64,000 nucleotides of DNA from Macrostomum lignano (lineage: Eukaryota). Shown here piece by piece: positions 1 through 11,899 of this stretch. Numbering within the stretch: the first letter of the stretch is position 1; the number at the start of each line of letters is the position of its first letter. A program made the position numbers and the translations under genes. Below the pieces are notes generated by a model, which was not told the origin of the DNA, did no database searches, and worked only from the letters and a program-made list of their open reading frames with translations. The DNA lies in NCBI GenBank assembly GCA_002269645.1, contig NIVC01001664.1:62001-126000 (forward strand). Direction: 5' to 3'.

Positions 1-276
1 GATTATTCAATCATAGACTGACGCGCCTTGCACTCTGGTTTGTACACTTAGCATTGCATGAGTGCGTTTGCATTTGACTCTGTCAGAATAGGTACTTGCT
101 TTTCAGTTTTTTTTCAACTCTTTATATAATCTCTGTCACTCTTGCTGCTCCTGCTGGAGCTTTTCACCGAAATATATAAGTGCACAATTTTGTTCAATTA
201 ATACTGTCTGTTGTGGCGGCTGATGTTGTCTTCATCAGTTTTTGTATATGGATTATGTGAAATTATCTGTCTTTCT

Positions 277-1030
277 GCTCCCCTCAGTGTCCTTGAATGT
301 GCCTCTCCGCTCCCCTTAGTGTTCTTGAATGTGGCTCTCCGCTCCCCTTAGTGTCCTTGAATGTGGCTCTTCGCTCACCTCAGTGTCCTTGAATGTGCCT
401 CTCCGTTCCCCTCAGTGTCCTTAAATGTGGCTCTCCGCTCCCCTTAGTGTCCTTGAATGTGGCTCTTCGCTCCCCTCAGTGTCCTTGAATGTGCCTCTCC
501 GCTCCCCTCAGTGTCCTTGAATGTGCCTCTCCGCTCCCCTCAGTGTCCTTGAATTGCCTCTCCGCTCCCCTCAGTGTCCTTGAATTGCCTCTCCGCTCCC
601 CTCAGTGTCCTTGAATGTGCCTCTCCGCTCCCCTCAGTGTCCTTGAATGTGCCTCTCCGCTCCCCTCAGTGTCCTTGAATCTGCCTCTCCGCTCCCCTCA
701 GTGTCCTTGACCCTGCCTCTCCGCTCCCCTCAGTGTCCTTGAATTGCCTCTCCGCTCCCCTAGCTCAGTGTCCTTGAATGTGCCTCTCCGCTCCCCTCAG
801 TGTCCTTGAATCTGCCTCTCCGCTCCCCTCAGTGTCCTTGACCCTGCCTCTCCGCTCCCCTCAGTGTCCTTGAATCTGCCTCTCCGCTCCCCTCAGTGTC
901 CTTGACCCTGCCTCTCCGCTCCCCTCAGTGTCCTTGAATCTGCCTCTCCGCTCTCCTCAGTGTCCTTGACCCTGCCTCTCCGCTCCCCTCAGTGTCCTTG
1001 AATCTGCCTCTCTGCTCCATCTTTCAGTCC
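277..1030. repeat. 32-bp (31-bp variant) minisatellite, unit cccctcagtgtccttgaatgtgcctctccgct
   Basis: Tandem copies read directly, e.g. gtccttgaat at 481 and 513. Confidence 0.97.
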
Positions 1031-1220
1031 CTAAATCTGCCTCTTTGCCCCTCAATTAACCAGTGAAGCAGTCAGTTTCAACGTAAAATTGAAAAACAAA
1101 AGCCAACAATTTATGCCGCTAATCGCCAAGACTCTGTCCACAGCCGGACCAGCTCTCTCACTATTAGCTACTATCAGTAGACATTCAAGCTCTAGCTTTA
1201 AAAACATCAAAACTATAAAA

Positions 1221-1847
1221 ATGATTGCCCCAGCAGCGGAGCGCAACAAGGAGCCAATCTTGGCCATCATGCGGCAGTACGTGCCCGCTGATGGAGCCGC
1301 CTGCCGAATGCTGGAGATCGCGTCCGGCACCGGACAGCACTGTGCTCATCTGGCCGCCGGCCTGGCCGATCGCGGCCTTCAAATCCAGCCGTCCGAGATT
1401 GACAATCAAGACCAGAGCAGCAGCAGCAGCTTTGCCAGCATTGAGGCGCACTGCCGCAGCCTGTCTAATGTCTGCCTGCCGCCCATGCGGTTGGACATTT
1501 CTAAACGGCCGTGTCCGGAGCCGCCTTTCGGCCGGCCGGACATTATATTCTGCGCCAACATGATTCACATCAGCTCCACGGCCGCTGTTGAAGGCCTGTT
1601 CGCCAATGCTGGCAACCTGCTGCCTGCCGGTGGCCGCCTCATCACCTACGGACCCTACGCTATTGACGGCGCCATCTATCCGCAGAGTAACGCCGATTTT
1701 AATCGGTCGCTTCGCGCCCGAAATCCCGACTGGGGCCTGCGGGACACGGCCTATCTGGCCGGCTTGGCCGAAGCCGCCGGGATGGCCCTGTCGGCCAGGC
1801 ACGAGATGCCGGCCAATAACTGGATGCTGGTCTTTGATAAGAGCTAG
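1221..1847 (+). CDS. METTL26: Methyltransferase-like 26 (DUF938 / C16orf13 family), intronless
   Basis: Starts MIAPAAERNKEPIL. Contains the SAM-binding LEIASGTGQH, NMIHIS, LITYGPY, SNADF..SLRARNPDWGLRD and EMPANN motifs typical of DUF938. ATG at 1221 is in the frame of ORF 1089..1847. Confidence 0.93.
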   Translation: MIAPAAERNKEPILAIMRQYVPADGAACRMLEIASGTGQHCAHLAAGLADRGLQIQPSEIDNQDQSSSSSFASIEAHCRSLSNVCLPPMRLDISKRPCPEPPFGRPDIIFCANMIHISSTAAVEGLFANAGNLLPAGGRLITYGPYAIDGAIYPQSNADFNRSLRARNPDWGLRDTAYLAGLAEAAGMALSARHEMPANNWMLVFDKS

Positions 1848-1935
1848 ATAGGCTTTCTCTCTCAACTCGATGTAGGCATGAGCACGAACATTGATAGCAA
1901 TGCGATGTGCTATTTGGAGCGCAGGTTATAACTAC

Positions 1936-2698
1936 TTGAATGTGGCTCTCCGCTCCCCTCAGTGTCCTTGAATGTGCCTCTCCGCTCCCCTCAGTGTCCT
2001 TGAATTGCCTCTCCGCTCCCCTCAGTGTCCTTGAATGTGCCTCTCCGCTCCTCTCAGTGTCCTTGAATGTGCCTCTCCGCTCCCCTCAGTGTCCTTGAAT
2101 TGCCTCTCCGCTCCCCTCAGTGTCCTTGAATGTGCCTCTCCGCTCCCCTCAGTGTCCTTGAATCTGCCTCTCCGCTCCCCTCAGTGTCCTTGAATTGCCT
2201 CTCCGCTCCCCTCAGTGTCCTTGAATTGCCTCTCCGCTCCCCTCAGTGTCCTTGAATGTGCCTCTCCGCTCCCCTCAGTGTCCTTGAATGTGCCTCTCCG
2301 CTCCCCTCAGTGTCCTTGAATTGCCTCTCCGCTCCCCTCAGTGTCCTTGAATTGCCTCTCCGCTCCCCTCAGTGTCCTTGAATTGCCTCTCCGCTCCCCT
2401 CAGTGTCCTTGAATCTGCCTCTCCGCTCCCTCAGTGTCCTTGAATTGCCTCTCCGCTACCCTCAGTGTCCTTGAATCTGCCTCTCCGCTCCCCTCAGTGT
2501 CCTTGAATCTGCCTCTCCGCTCCCCTCAGTGTCCTTGAATGTGCCTCTCCGCTCCCCTCAGTGTCCTTGAATGTGCCTCTCCGCTCCCCTCAGTGTCCTT
2601 GAATGTGCCTCTCCTCTCCCCTCAGTGTCCTTGAATCTGCCTCTCCGCTCCCCTCAGTGTCCTTGAATCTGCCTCTCCGCTCCCCTCAGTGTCCTTGA
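1936..2698. repeat. Second array of the same 32-bp minisatellite as 277-1030
   Basis: Same unit, about 24 copies. Confidence 0.97.
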
Positions 2699-2924
2699 TT
2701 CTTCATGTTTAGTACTGTTTATAGTAAACTGAAGAATGGTTCAAGCATAATTTTTTTGTAAATTAATAGTTTTATTTAGTATGGACCTATTTATGAGCTT
2801 AATAAATATACTAGTTAGGATGTCTTCATTGTGTACAGTAGCTTGCTTATTAAATTATTTAATACTTCGGCTTTTTTCTAGAATTCCTATGTCTTTGTAG
2901 TATATCTTTGTCATCTCTTTCGCC

Positions 2925-3535
2925 TCTCCGACTTATTTGTCTACTCATATATACGAGTACTTATCTGTCTACTCATTTCTCTACTTACCTGTCTACGGCT
3001 CGTACTCATCTCTCTACTCATCTCTACTTATCTGTCTACTCATCTCTACTCATCTCTCTACTTACCTGTCTACGGCTCGTACTCATCTCTCTACTCATTT
3101 CTACTTATCTGTCTACTCATCTCTACTCATCTCTCTACTTATCTGTCTACTTTTCTGTCTACTCAACTCTCTACTTATCTGTCTACTCATCTGTCTACTT
3201 TTCTGTCTACTTATATGTCTACTCATCTCTCTACTTATCTGTCTACTCATTTCTCTACTTATCTGTCTACTCATCTCTACTCATCTCTCTACTTACCTGT
3301 CTACGGCTCGTACTCATCTCTCTACTCATCTCTACTTATCTGTCTACTCATCTCTACTCATCTCTCTACTTATCTGTCTACTTTTCTGTCTACTCAACTC
3401 TCTACTTATCTGTCTACTCATCTGTCTACTTTTCTGTCTACTTATATGTCTACTCATCTCTCTACTTATCTGTCTACTCATTTCTCTACTTATCCGTCTA
3501 CTCATCTGTCTACTCATTTCTCTACTCATCTCTCT
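2925..3535. repeat. Degenerate ~12-bp-based repeat (ctactcatctct / ctacttatctgt) upstream of RFC3
   Basis: Pyrimidine-rich periodic tract with internal block duplications. Confidence 0.9.
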
Positions 3536-3567
3536 GTCGCGCCACCCCTCAGATCTGACCAGTCACA

Positions 3568-3958
3568 ATGAGTCTCTGGGTAGACAAGTACAGGCCCAAG
3601 CGGCTGGACAAGCTAGACTATCACACTGATCAAGCCGACCGCCTTCGAGCCCTGGTGGAGTCTGGCGACTTCCCCCATCTGCTGGTGTACGGGCCCCCTG
3701 GGGCGGGCAAGAAGACTCGCATTCACGCGCTACTGCGGGAGCTGTACGGAGCCGGCGTTGAGCGGCTCCGGTTGGAGCAGCAGAGCTTCACCGCGCCGTC
3801 AAAACGGAAAGTTGAAATTGAAACTGTTTCGTCGAATTTTCATCTGGAGGTCAGTCCGGGCGATGCCGGCATCTACGATCGGGTTGTTGTCATGGAGTTG
3901 ATTAAACAGGTGGCCTCGGTTAATCAACTGGATGCCAGTCAGCAGCGCGAGTTTAAAG
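3568..3958 (+). CDS. RFC3: Replication factor C subunit 3, exon 1
   Basis: MSLWVDKYRP, Walker A GPPGAGKKT, DRVVVMELIK. Donor AAG|GTGATT at 3959 (phase 1). Confidence 0.96.
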
Positions 3959-4034
3959 GTGATTTTGCTGTGTATTTGGGCAGCTGATTTGATTGTTGGT
4001 AGCAATATCTCTTTATACCGGTTATACCGGCTCC

Positions 4035-4805
4035 TTTACCTGCATACAGGGGTGTCTCTTACCTGCATGCAGGGGTGTCTCTTACCTACAGAAAGGGGTG
4101 TCTCTTACCTACGGATAGGGGTGTCTCTTACCTGCAGATTGGGGTGTCTCTTACCTACAGATAGGGGTGTCTCTTACCTGCAGATTGGGGTGTCTCTTAC
4201 CTACAGATAGGGGTGTCTCTTGCCTACAGATAGGGGTGTCTCTTACCTACAGAAAGGGGTGTCTCTTACCTACAGAAAGGGGTGTCTCTTACCTACAGAA
4301 AGGGGTGTCTCTTACCTACAGATTAGGGTGTCTCTTACCTACAGATAGGGCTGTCTCTCACCTACAGATAGGGAGTGTCTCTTATACCTGCAGATTGGGG
4401 TGTCTCTTATCTACAGATAGGGGTGTCTCTTACCTGCAGACAGGGGTGTCTCTTACCTGCATGCAGGGGTGTCTCTTACCTACAGATAGGGGTGTCTCTT
4501 ACCTGCATGCAGGGGTGTCTCTTACCTGCAGACAGGGGTGTCTCTTACCTGCATGCAGGGGTGTCTCTTACCTACAGATAGGGGTGTCTCTTACCTGCAT
4601 GCAGGGGTGTCTCTTACCTGCAGACAGGGGTGTCTCTTACCTGCATGCAGGGGTGTCTCTTACCTGCATACAGGGGTGTCTCTTACCTGCAGACAGGGGT
4701 GTCTCCTACCTGCATATAGGGGTGTCTCTTACCTGCATACAGGGGTGTCTGTTACCTGCAGAGAGGGGTGTCTCTTACCTACAGCCAAGGGGGTCTCTTA
4801 CCGAC
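4035..4805. repeat. 23-bp minisatellite in RFC3 intron 1 (caggggtgtctcttacctgcatg and variants)
   Basis: Tandem units read directly. Confidence 0.95.
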
Positions 4806-4944
4806 AAACAGGAGTGAATCATTCATACATACACCGATCCTTTCCCTCTGCTAAATAGCAGTATCCTTTGCGACAAAAAACAGTTCTTTCCTATTAAACG
4901 GGGATTAATTAAGGCGCCGTCACATTCTCCTGTTTCTGTTTCAG

Positions 4945-5126
4945 TGGTGGTGCTAAACGAAGTCGACCGGCTTACAAAAGACGCCCAGCACGCTCTGCGC
5001 CGCACCATGGAAAAGTACATGGCCACCTGCCGGCTCATCCTGTGCGCCAACAGCACTAGCAAAGTTATTCAGGCCATTCGCAGTCGATGTTTGGCTGTTA
5101 GAGTATCTGCGCCTACAGAGGATGAG
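4945..5126 (+). CDS. RFC3: RFC3 exon 2
   Basis: Acceptor tttcag|. [24 protein letters not shown]...IRSRCL (Walker B-like and SRC motifs). Donor GAG|GTCAGT. Confidence 0.96.
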
Positions 5127-5149
5127 GTCAGTTTTATTGCGGGTCTACG

Positions 5150-5612
5150 GATTCGCTGGGAGTGGGTTTCGGTGGGGAATGAGCGCCGCTGATTGGCTGG
5201 GAGTGGGTTTGGTAGGGAACGAGCGCCGCTGATTGGCTGGGAGTGGATTCGGTGTGTAATGAGCGCCGCTGATTGGCTGAGAGTGAGGTTTGTATGGAAT
5301 GAGCGCCACTGATTGGCTTGGAGTGGATTCGGTGGGTAATGAGTGCCGCTGATTAGCTGGAAGTGGGTTCGGTGGGGAATGAAAGCCGCTGATTGGCTGA
5401 GAGTAAGGTTTGTATGGAATGAGCGCCGCTGATTGGCTGGGAGTGGGTACGGTGGGAAATGAGCGCCGCTGATTGGCTGGGAGTGGGTTCGGTGGGGAAT
5501 GAAAGCCGCTGATTGGCTGAGAGTGAGGTTTGTATGGAATGAGAGTTGCTAATTGGCTGGGAGTGAGGTGGGTGTGGAATAAAAGCCGCCGATTTGCTGG
5601 AAGTGAGGTGGG
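5150..5612. repeat. 40-bp minisatellite in RFC3 intron 2
   Basis: gagcgccgctgattggctgg recurs at 5181, 5221 and 5261. Confidence 0.93.
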
Positions 5613-5654
5613 TTATTTTTAGAACTGTGGATTCCCCACTCTCTACCCTTACAG

Positions 5655-6149
5655 ATTGTTCAGGTGCTGCAAGGCACCTGCCGCAAGGAGGGCCTGAGCC
5701 TGCCGGACAGTCTGGCCCGCCGCATCGCCCAGGCGTCCGAGCGCAACCTGCGTCGAGCCCTGCTAATGGCCGAGGCCTGCAGAGCCCAGCAGCAGCCCTT
5801 CGATCCGGACCAGTCAGTTTGCCTGGGCGATTGGCAGCTCTACCTGAAAGAGACGGCCAAGAAAGTGCTGGAAGAGCAGAGCCCGGCTCGCCTGCTGATT
5901 GTCCGAACTCGCCTGTACGAACTGCTGAGCCACTGCGTCCCGCCTGACCTCATCATGCGCTGCCTGGTCACCGAGCTGATCAGCTCATGCGACGGTACGC
6001 TGAAGGCCGAGGTGCTGACTCTTGGCGCCGAGTACGAGCACAGGATGCGGCTTGGCCAGAAGGCCATCTTCCATCTGGAGGCTTTCGTGGCCAGGTTCAT
6101 GGCCGTGTATAAAAAGTTCATGGACGAGGTTATCATGGCCGATTGGTGA
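5655..6149 (+). CDS. RFC3: RFC3 exon 3 (spliced product 355 aa)
   Basis: Acceptor ttacag|. ERNLRRALLM, RTRLYELLSHCVPP, HLEAFVARFMAVYKKF. Exon lengths 391+182+495=1068 nt, in frame. Confidence 0.96.
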   Translation: MVQVLQGTCRKEGLSLPDSLARRIAQASERNLRRALLMAEACRAQQQPFDPDQSVCLGDWQLYLKETAKKVLEEQSPARLLIVRTRLYELLSHCVPPDLIMRCLVTELISSCDGTLKAEVLTLGAEYEHRMRLGQKAIFHLEAFVARFMAVYKKFMDEVIMADW

Positions 6150-6438
6150 GAGCGGTTGGCTCCGCTATTCACGATGCGTTTACAAATACGACACCTGGCA
6201 TTTTTACTCCGCAAGCAGTTTATTCTTCTATTGACTATTTCTACTCGTAATTGATTTGCTTTGAACTGCTCTGTAATACAAAATAACGGCGATTAATAAA
6301 TAATCAATATACCTGTAATAACAGCCAGCTTTGCGCGGGTTCTGATAGTTTATATTTATAATCAGTTAATATATAGTAATAAATTCGCAATAATTATCTT
6401 CATCCTGTCATTCATTCTGTTTAGAGCGACACTTTCTG

Positions 6439-6531
6439 CTATACAGTGCTGCTGTGCATCTGGTCAATGCAGTCTTCTGTTAGTAGGCAGTTTGGTGTCC
6501 TGAATGACAACTGCAGTCCTGCTCGGTTGGT
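6439..6531 (-). CDS. Putative terminal exon of the protocadherin (TNRAG...MHSSTV*)
   Basis: Pyrimidine-rich acceptor ttctgttcccattgcag|. Phase 0 matches the preceding exon. 30 codons plus TAG. No homology evidence. Confidence 0.55.
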   Translation of the reverse strand, partial: TNRAGLQLSFRTPNCLLTEDCIDQMHSSTV

Positions 6532-6554
6532 CTGCAATGGGAACAGAAATTAAA

Positions 6555-7190
6555 AGCTTTTCGTCCTCTGTTCCACCTGCGCCCCGGTCGCTTCCTCATT
6601 CCCTGTTCCACCTGCACCCCGGTCGCTTCCTCATTCATTGTTCCACTCGCGCCCCGTTCGCTTCTTCATTCCCTGTTCCACCTGCGCCCCGGTCGCTTCT
6701 TCATTCCCTGTTCCACCTGCGCCCCGGTCGCTTCCTCATTCCCTGTTCCAACTGCCACTCAGTGGCCTCTTCATTCCCTGTTCCACCTGCACCCCGGTCG
6801 CTTCTTCATTCCCTGTTCCACCTGCACCCCGGTCGCTTCTTCATTCCCTGTTCCAACTGCCACTCAGTGGCCTCTTCATTCCCTGTTCCATCTGTCCTTC
6901 GGTGACCTCTTCATTCCCTGTTCCATCTGTCCTTCGGTAACCTCTTCATTCCCTGTTCCACCTGTCATTCAGTGACCTCTTCATTCCCTGTTCCACCTGT
7001 CCTTCGGTGACCTCTTCATTCCCTGTTCCACCTGTCACTCAGTGGCCTCTTCATTCCCTGTTCCACCTGTGCCCCAGTCGCCTCTTCATTCCCTGTTCCA
7101 TCTGTGCTCCAGTCGCCTCTTCATTCCCTGTTCCACCTGTACCCCAGTCGCCTCTTCATTCCCTGTTTCACCTGTCCTTTCCAGTGGCCT
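6555..7190. repeat. 35-bp minisatellite (cttcttcattccctgttccacctgcgccccggtcg)
   Basis: Tandem units with graded variants. Confidence 0.94.
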
Positions 7191-7695
7191 CTCACCTGTC
7201 ATTCCTTGTTAATAACGAAATTGGCTTCAAGCATGTCTTGCAACTGTCAATCATTAATTTATACCACTAGTTTACATAGTTTTACCATATATTTTAGCCT
7301 TGTACTCGTATTTGCCAATAAAGTACACCATCTACTTTTCTGTTAGCTAAAACAACAGTTAGACTGCCGCACATTCCATTTCGTTCGTTAGAGTATCAGA
7401 TTCTGGCTTTGATAACTGAGCATCGAAGCATTAATGAGCATCTGCTGCTCACCTGTCGTACAAATTTTATTACGCATTTTCGCGAACCGGCTTTGGCTTG
7501 TCTGATTTGCTTTGATTTAAAAAAAAGCAAGACGTTGGTCAGGCGAATTTTCCCTCTACTCAAAAGTGGGCCGAATCTTTTTAGTCTTGCTTTCTAGCCA
7601 AGAAAGCCGGCTGAGCTCATTAAGACAGCTTGTTAGTCCTCTGCGGTTTCTTATCTTACTCGCAAACTGTTGTGGGGAACAGCTTTTGCACTCAC

Positions 7696-7781
7696 GGTTC
7701 CGTTCACTGAGCTGGAGAATTCATCTGTGCTGGCAGCGTGACCCATCGGCTGTTCTCCAATAGTATAATATGCTTGTTGCT
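7696..7781 (-). CDS. Putative cytoplasmic exon of the protocadherin (EQQAYYTIGEQPMG...VNGT)
   Basis: Acceptor tttcag| and donor |GTGAGT. 86 nt; phase-1 entry matches the upstream exon; open frame. Confidence 0.6.
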
Positions 7782-7869
7782 CTGAAATCATTGCAGTTCT
7801 CTTGCATAAACACGCCACAGGGTGAATGAAAGTCAATGATCTAACGTAATCTCCGATTCTCAATGAAAA

Positions 7870-8815
7870 TATCAGATGATTCTCATGGAATCTCATCGAT
7901 TCTAACTGATAATCTCATGGAATCTCATTGATTCTTATGGATAAACTCGTGGAATCTCAACGATTCTAATTGATAATCTCATGGAATCTCATCGATTCTA
8001 ATTGATAATCTCATGGAATGTCATTGATTCTTATGCAATCTCATCGATTCTAATGGATAATATCATGGAATCTCATCGATTCTAACTGATAATCTCATGG
8101 AATCTCATCGATTCTAATGGATAAACTTGTGGAATCTCAACGATTCTAACTGATAATCTCATGGAATCTCATCGATTCTAATGGATAAACTTGTGGAATC
8201 TCAACGATTCTAATTGATAATCTCATGGAATCTCATCGATTCTAATGGATAAACTTGTGGAATCTCAACGATTCTAATTGATAATCTCATGGAATCTCAT
8301 CGATTCTAACTGATAATCTCATGGAATCTCATTGATTCTTATGGATAAACTCGTGGAATCTCAACGATTCTAATTGATAATCTCATGGAATCTCATCGAT
8401 TCTAATGGATAAACTCGTGGAATCTCAACGATTCTAATTGATAATCTTATGGAATCTCATCGATTCTAACTGATAACCTCATGGAATCTCATTGATTCTT
8501 ATGGATAAACTCGTGGAATCTCAACGATTCTAATTGATAATCTCATGGAATCTCATCAATTCTAACTGAAAATCTCATGGAATCTCATTGATTCTAATGG
8601 ATAAACTCGTGGAATCTCAACGATTCTAATTGATAATCTTATTGAATCTCATCGATTCTAATTGATAATCTCACGGAATCTCTTCGATTCTAATGGATAA
8701 TCTTATTGAATATCATCGATTCTAATGGATAATCTTATTGAATCTCATCGATTCTAATGGATAATCTTATTGAATATCATCGATTCTAATGGATAATCCC
8801 ATGGAATCTCATGAA
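7870..8815. repeat. 32-bp AT-rich minisatellite (ggaatctcatcgattctaattgataatctcat)
   Basis: ggaatctc recurs at 8163, 8195 and 8227. Confidence 0.95.
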
Positions 8816-8850
8816 GCGCCACATCAAGCAAGAAGCTCTCGCGCACTCAC

Positions 8851-10471
8851 CCGCTCCGTCCTCGCGCTGCTGCTGCACCCGTAGCCGCCGCGCGCAAGCC
8901 ACGGCGAAGCCGGTCAGGGCGATCGCTGTGATCAGAACAACGCCGACACCCACGCACAGGGTTGCAACGGCGACGGCGAAGACCAGCTTGCGGCTGCCGC
9001 TTCGGCTGGCGGACGCCGCTCCCCACCCCGCTGGCTGCCGCCGGCGCTGTCGCAAGGCGGCCGTGACGAGCAGCCGGTAGGTCCGCCCCGCGGAATCCAC
9101 AGAAACCGCGCGATTTATCAGCCGCATCGGCAGCAGGAAAGTCTTGACCTCCAGCTCGCCCTGTGCAGCGGAGGAACTCTTTGGAGGAAGTCGCCGAAGA
9201 CAGATGCGTTGACTTCCTTTGTCTGGTGGCAGCTCGAAGTAAAGCTCGCCGTGAGAGCTGTCTGGCTGAAGCGGCTGTGGCTCACCGAATGTCGCCTCAA
9301 AGCTGCCGCCAGCCAGCGACGCGACTCCGTAGCTCAGCACTGCGCAGACCAACCGGCCATCCGCGTCGACCACCGCATCGTTGACGAGATCGACAGGCAG
9401 AGGGTCGGGCGGCTCCACGCATCCGCGCTCGGGACAGCGTGCGGCAGCCGGCACAGTCGTGGAGGAAGCTCCGGTACCGGCGGCGTTGAAAACATCGGAG
9501 GAGGAGACGATGACGGCCGACCGACATCGATGCAAATCTCGGCAACTGAAGCCGGTGAATATCCGGTGCCGTGCTCCAGCGGCAGCTCATTGTCGACACG
9601 CACCCGGAAACGGAACTGGCGAGCCTCCGCAGATGAGGCGGCGTCTCTGAACGGCGCAGCCAGCCGGATCTCCCCGGTGCTCGGGTGAACCTCAAAATAG
9701 CGCCGCGCTATCATCGATGTCATCGTCGCGTCTCCGCTGCCCGTCTGTCGGACAATGCTGAAGCGCAGGCGCCGGTTCCGAGGATCGCCGTCTGCATCGG
9801 CGGCTTCGAGTTGGCCGACGAGGCTGCCAGCTGGCGCCGTCGGATCCAGACGGAATCGCCGCCTGCCCGGCAAAATGATCGGGGCGTTGTCGTTAGCATC
9901 GACCACTTTAATGACTATGCTCGTTTCGGCGATGGCGGTCGCGTTGCTGGCTGGATCGACGGCCAGAGCGCGGAAGCTGAACGGCCTGCTGCGCTCCTCA
10001 AAGTCCAAGACTGAAGACACTCGCAGCTCTCCACTGCGCTCCTCGACGCTGAACGCCGAAGCGTCTTTACCGTCGAGTCGATAGGCGACACGGTTGTTGG
10101 GTGCGGCGTCTCTGTCCACGGCTGTCAGTCTGGGCAGCGACAGCGCGGCCCAGCGGCGAGTTCTCCGCCACGCGGCCGGTGTAGGCCGGCGCCGCGAACT
10201 CCGGCGCGCAGTCGTTCTCGTCGGTGACAGCCACGGTTAGCGTTGCTGTCGCTGTCAACTTCGTTGTCGTTGCGTCGCTGTCAGTCCAACAGGCGACTCG
10301 CAGCAGGTGCTCGGCGATCAACTCCCTGTCGAGCGTCGCCGAGGTGATGAGAAGAAACTCCCTGGCGCCGCCGCTGCCGGGCCGATGCCTGGTGCGTGGG
10401 TTGCAGCTGCTGGCTGGAGTCTGCGCGATGAAGGTGTTTTCGGACATTCGTGAAATCACGACTTGAAGAAA
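8851..10471 (-). CDS. Protocadherin large exon: EC4-EC6/7 plus transmembrane helix, with 2 frameshifts
   Basis: LDRE, DENDCAPEF, VAENSP, LDFEE, DANDNAP and AADADG cadherin motifs. TM segment LVFAVAVATLCVGVGVVLITAIALTGFAVAC. Donor |GTGAGT at 8850. The 5' boundary and phase are uncertain. Confidence 0.85.
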
Positions 10472-11306
10472 CTGATGTTCGAAGAAATAGTGGTACTATT
10501 CGGGTAATGCCCTCCAGAGCGACGCTATGCACGAGCAGAGTGCATACGAGAACAAGGACCACTAGAAGTTGCGTTTGTATCAAGACGCAACAGTCACGTT
10601 CTATGGACAATCTTCATACGCCGCCAACTTTACCCCACCCAGTCGAGGTGGCAATAAAACTGATCCACTCTCTCCTTTCAGCAACAAAGCCGCCGCCGCC
10701 GCCAGCTTCCAGACAGCGGGAGAGAGGCTTGGCTACCACTATTTTTGTTTACAGAAGTTTGTTATTGCCTATAAAATTATATAATAAAGTATTAGTATAA
10801 TACTGAATACAATAAAATATCGCTGATATTTGCCAATCGCTCAACACAATTTCTAGAGATTCCCCTAGCTCGGCTTTGTGCATACTTGCGGATTCCTCCA
10901 TGAGGCGCCTATGTACTCTCATTAGGAGTCTACGGAATTCCCATGGCTTTGCCTGCGGCAGAGTTGAGCTATGCAAACACATAGGCGCCCTTCTGATCGG
11001 GCCCACGGAATTTCCGTGGCTTTCCCTGCGGCAGAGTTGTGTTATCCTCTACTACTCGTGTTCAACCAAGATAGAAATTATCCACTTTTCCACTTTTTCC
11101 AACACTCATTGGACGATTCCGTACCTTCAACTATCACGTGATTGTGAATCTAGCAAGCATTTGGTCCAAGGTGACTTCACAAGTGCATGGAATTCATTCA
11201 GGAAAAAATGCTACTGGAGACTGTTGAACGCGCCAAATCGGAGAAAAACTACTGTGTTATGAAAACCTTGGGTTAGCGCTGTTTAGCGCGATAGCTACAG
11301 TCCCAC

Positions 11307-11748
11307 CTGAAGTAGCCGTTGTCTACGTCGCCCGCATCCAGGCGGCACCGGACGCGTGCTTCGGCTTCGCCTGGCGACGCAAAGTCCAGGTCCCGTGCCT
11401 CCACTGTCGCCACCTGGAGGCCGGCGGCCGATTCTCCGGGACGTCGACGCGCTGTCGCCTGGAACCGCCGCGCCAGATGGTGACTGTCAGCGGGTTGTCG
11501 TCTAGGTTGGCAACTGACACAGTCAGCGTGGCGGTGGCGTCGAGCGGCGGACTGCCGAAGTCGCTGGCCACCAGCAGGAGCTCTAGTCGCGGCGTCAGCT
11601 CGTAGTCCAGTCCCGCGGCGCCAAGATCTTCCAGTTGGAGGCGCCTTTCGATAAAAGATCGGAGCCGAAACCTGCACCGTCAGTTCGGTGCAGCTCCAGG
11701 TGACGCTCGGGCAGCAGATGCCGGGCCAGCAGCGCCGCCGGCAGCGGT
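11307..11748 (-). CDS. Protocadherin exon 3 (EC3-EC4), with 2 candidate frameshifts
   Basis: LDYE...ASDFGSPPL...ANLDDNP...VPENRPP then VATVEARDLD in another frame. Flanked by AG and GT. Confidence 0.82.
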
Positions 11749-11899
11749 CTGTTCAACACGAATTCAAGGGGGGGTGCAAGGCGTAACTATTAACCTGACT
11801 GCTGTTTATGCCGCCTAAAAGGTTAGATGGCCCAAGTATGGCCACAGTAAAGGAGTTCAAGGTCTTTTATATAATAAATGATTGAGAATGGGCAACCGA

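Noticed and set aside
1089-1220. N-terminal extension of the METTL26 ORF from a TTG start
   Set aside because: Family similarity begins at ATG 1221; the upstream part is AT-rich and UTR-like.
1185-1865. 226-aa antisense ORF over METTL26, and similar shadow ORFs over RFC3, the cadherin, the LINE and the peptide genes
   Set aside because: These are expected by-products of GC-rich coding sequence.
2908-3629. Ser/Leu/Tyr-rich ORFs upstream of RFC3
   Set aside because: Low-complexity repeat translations.
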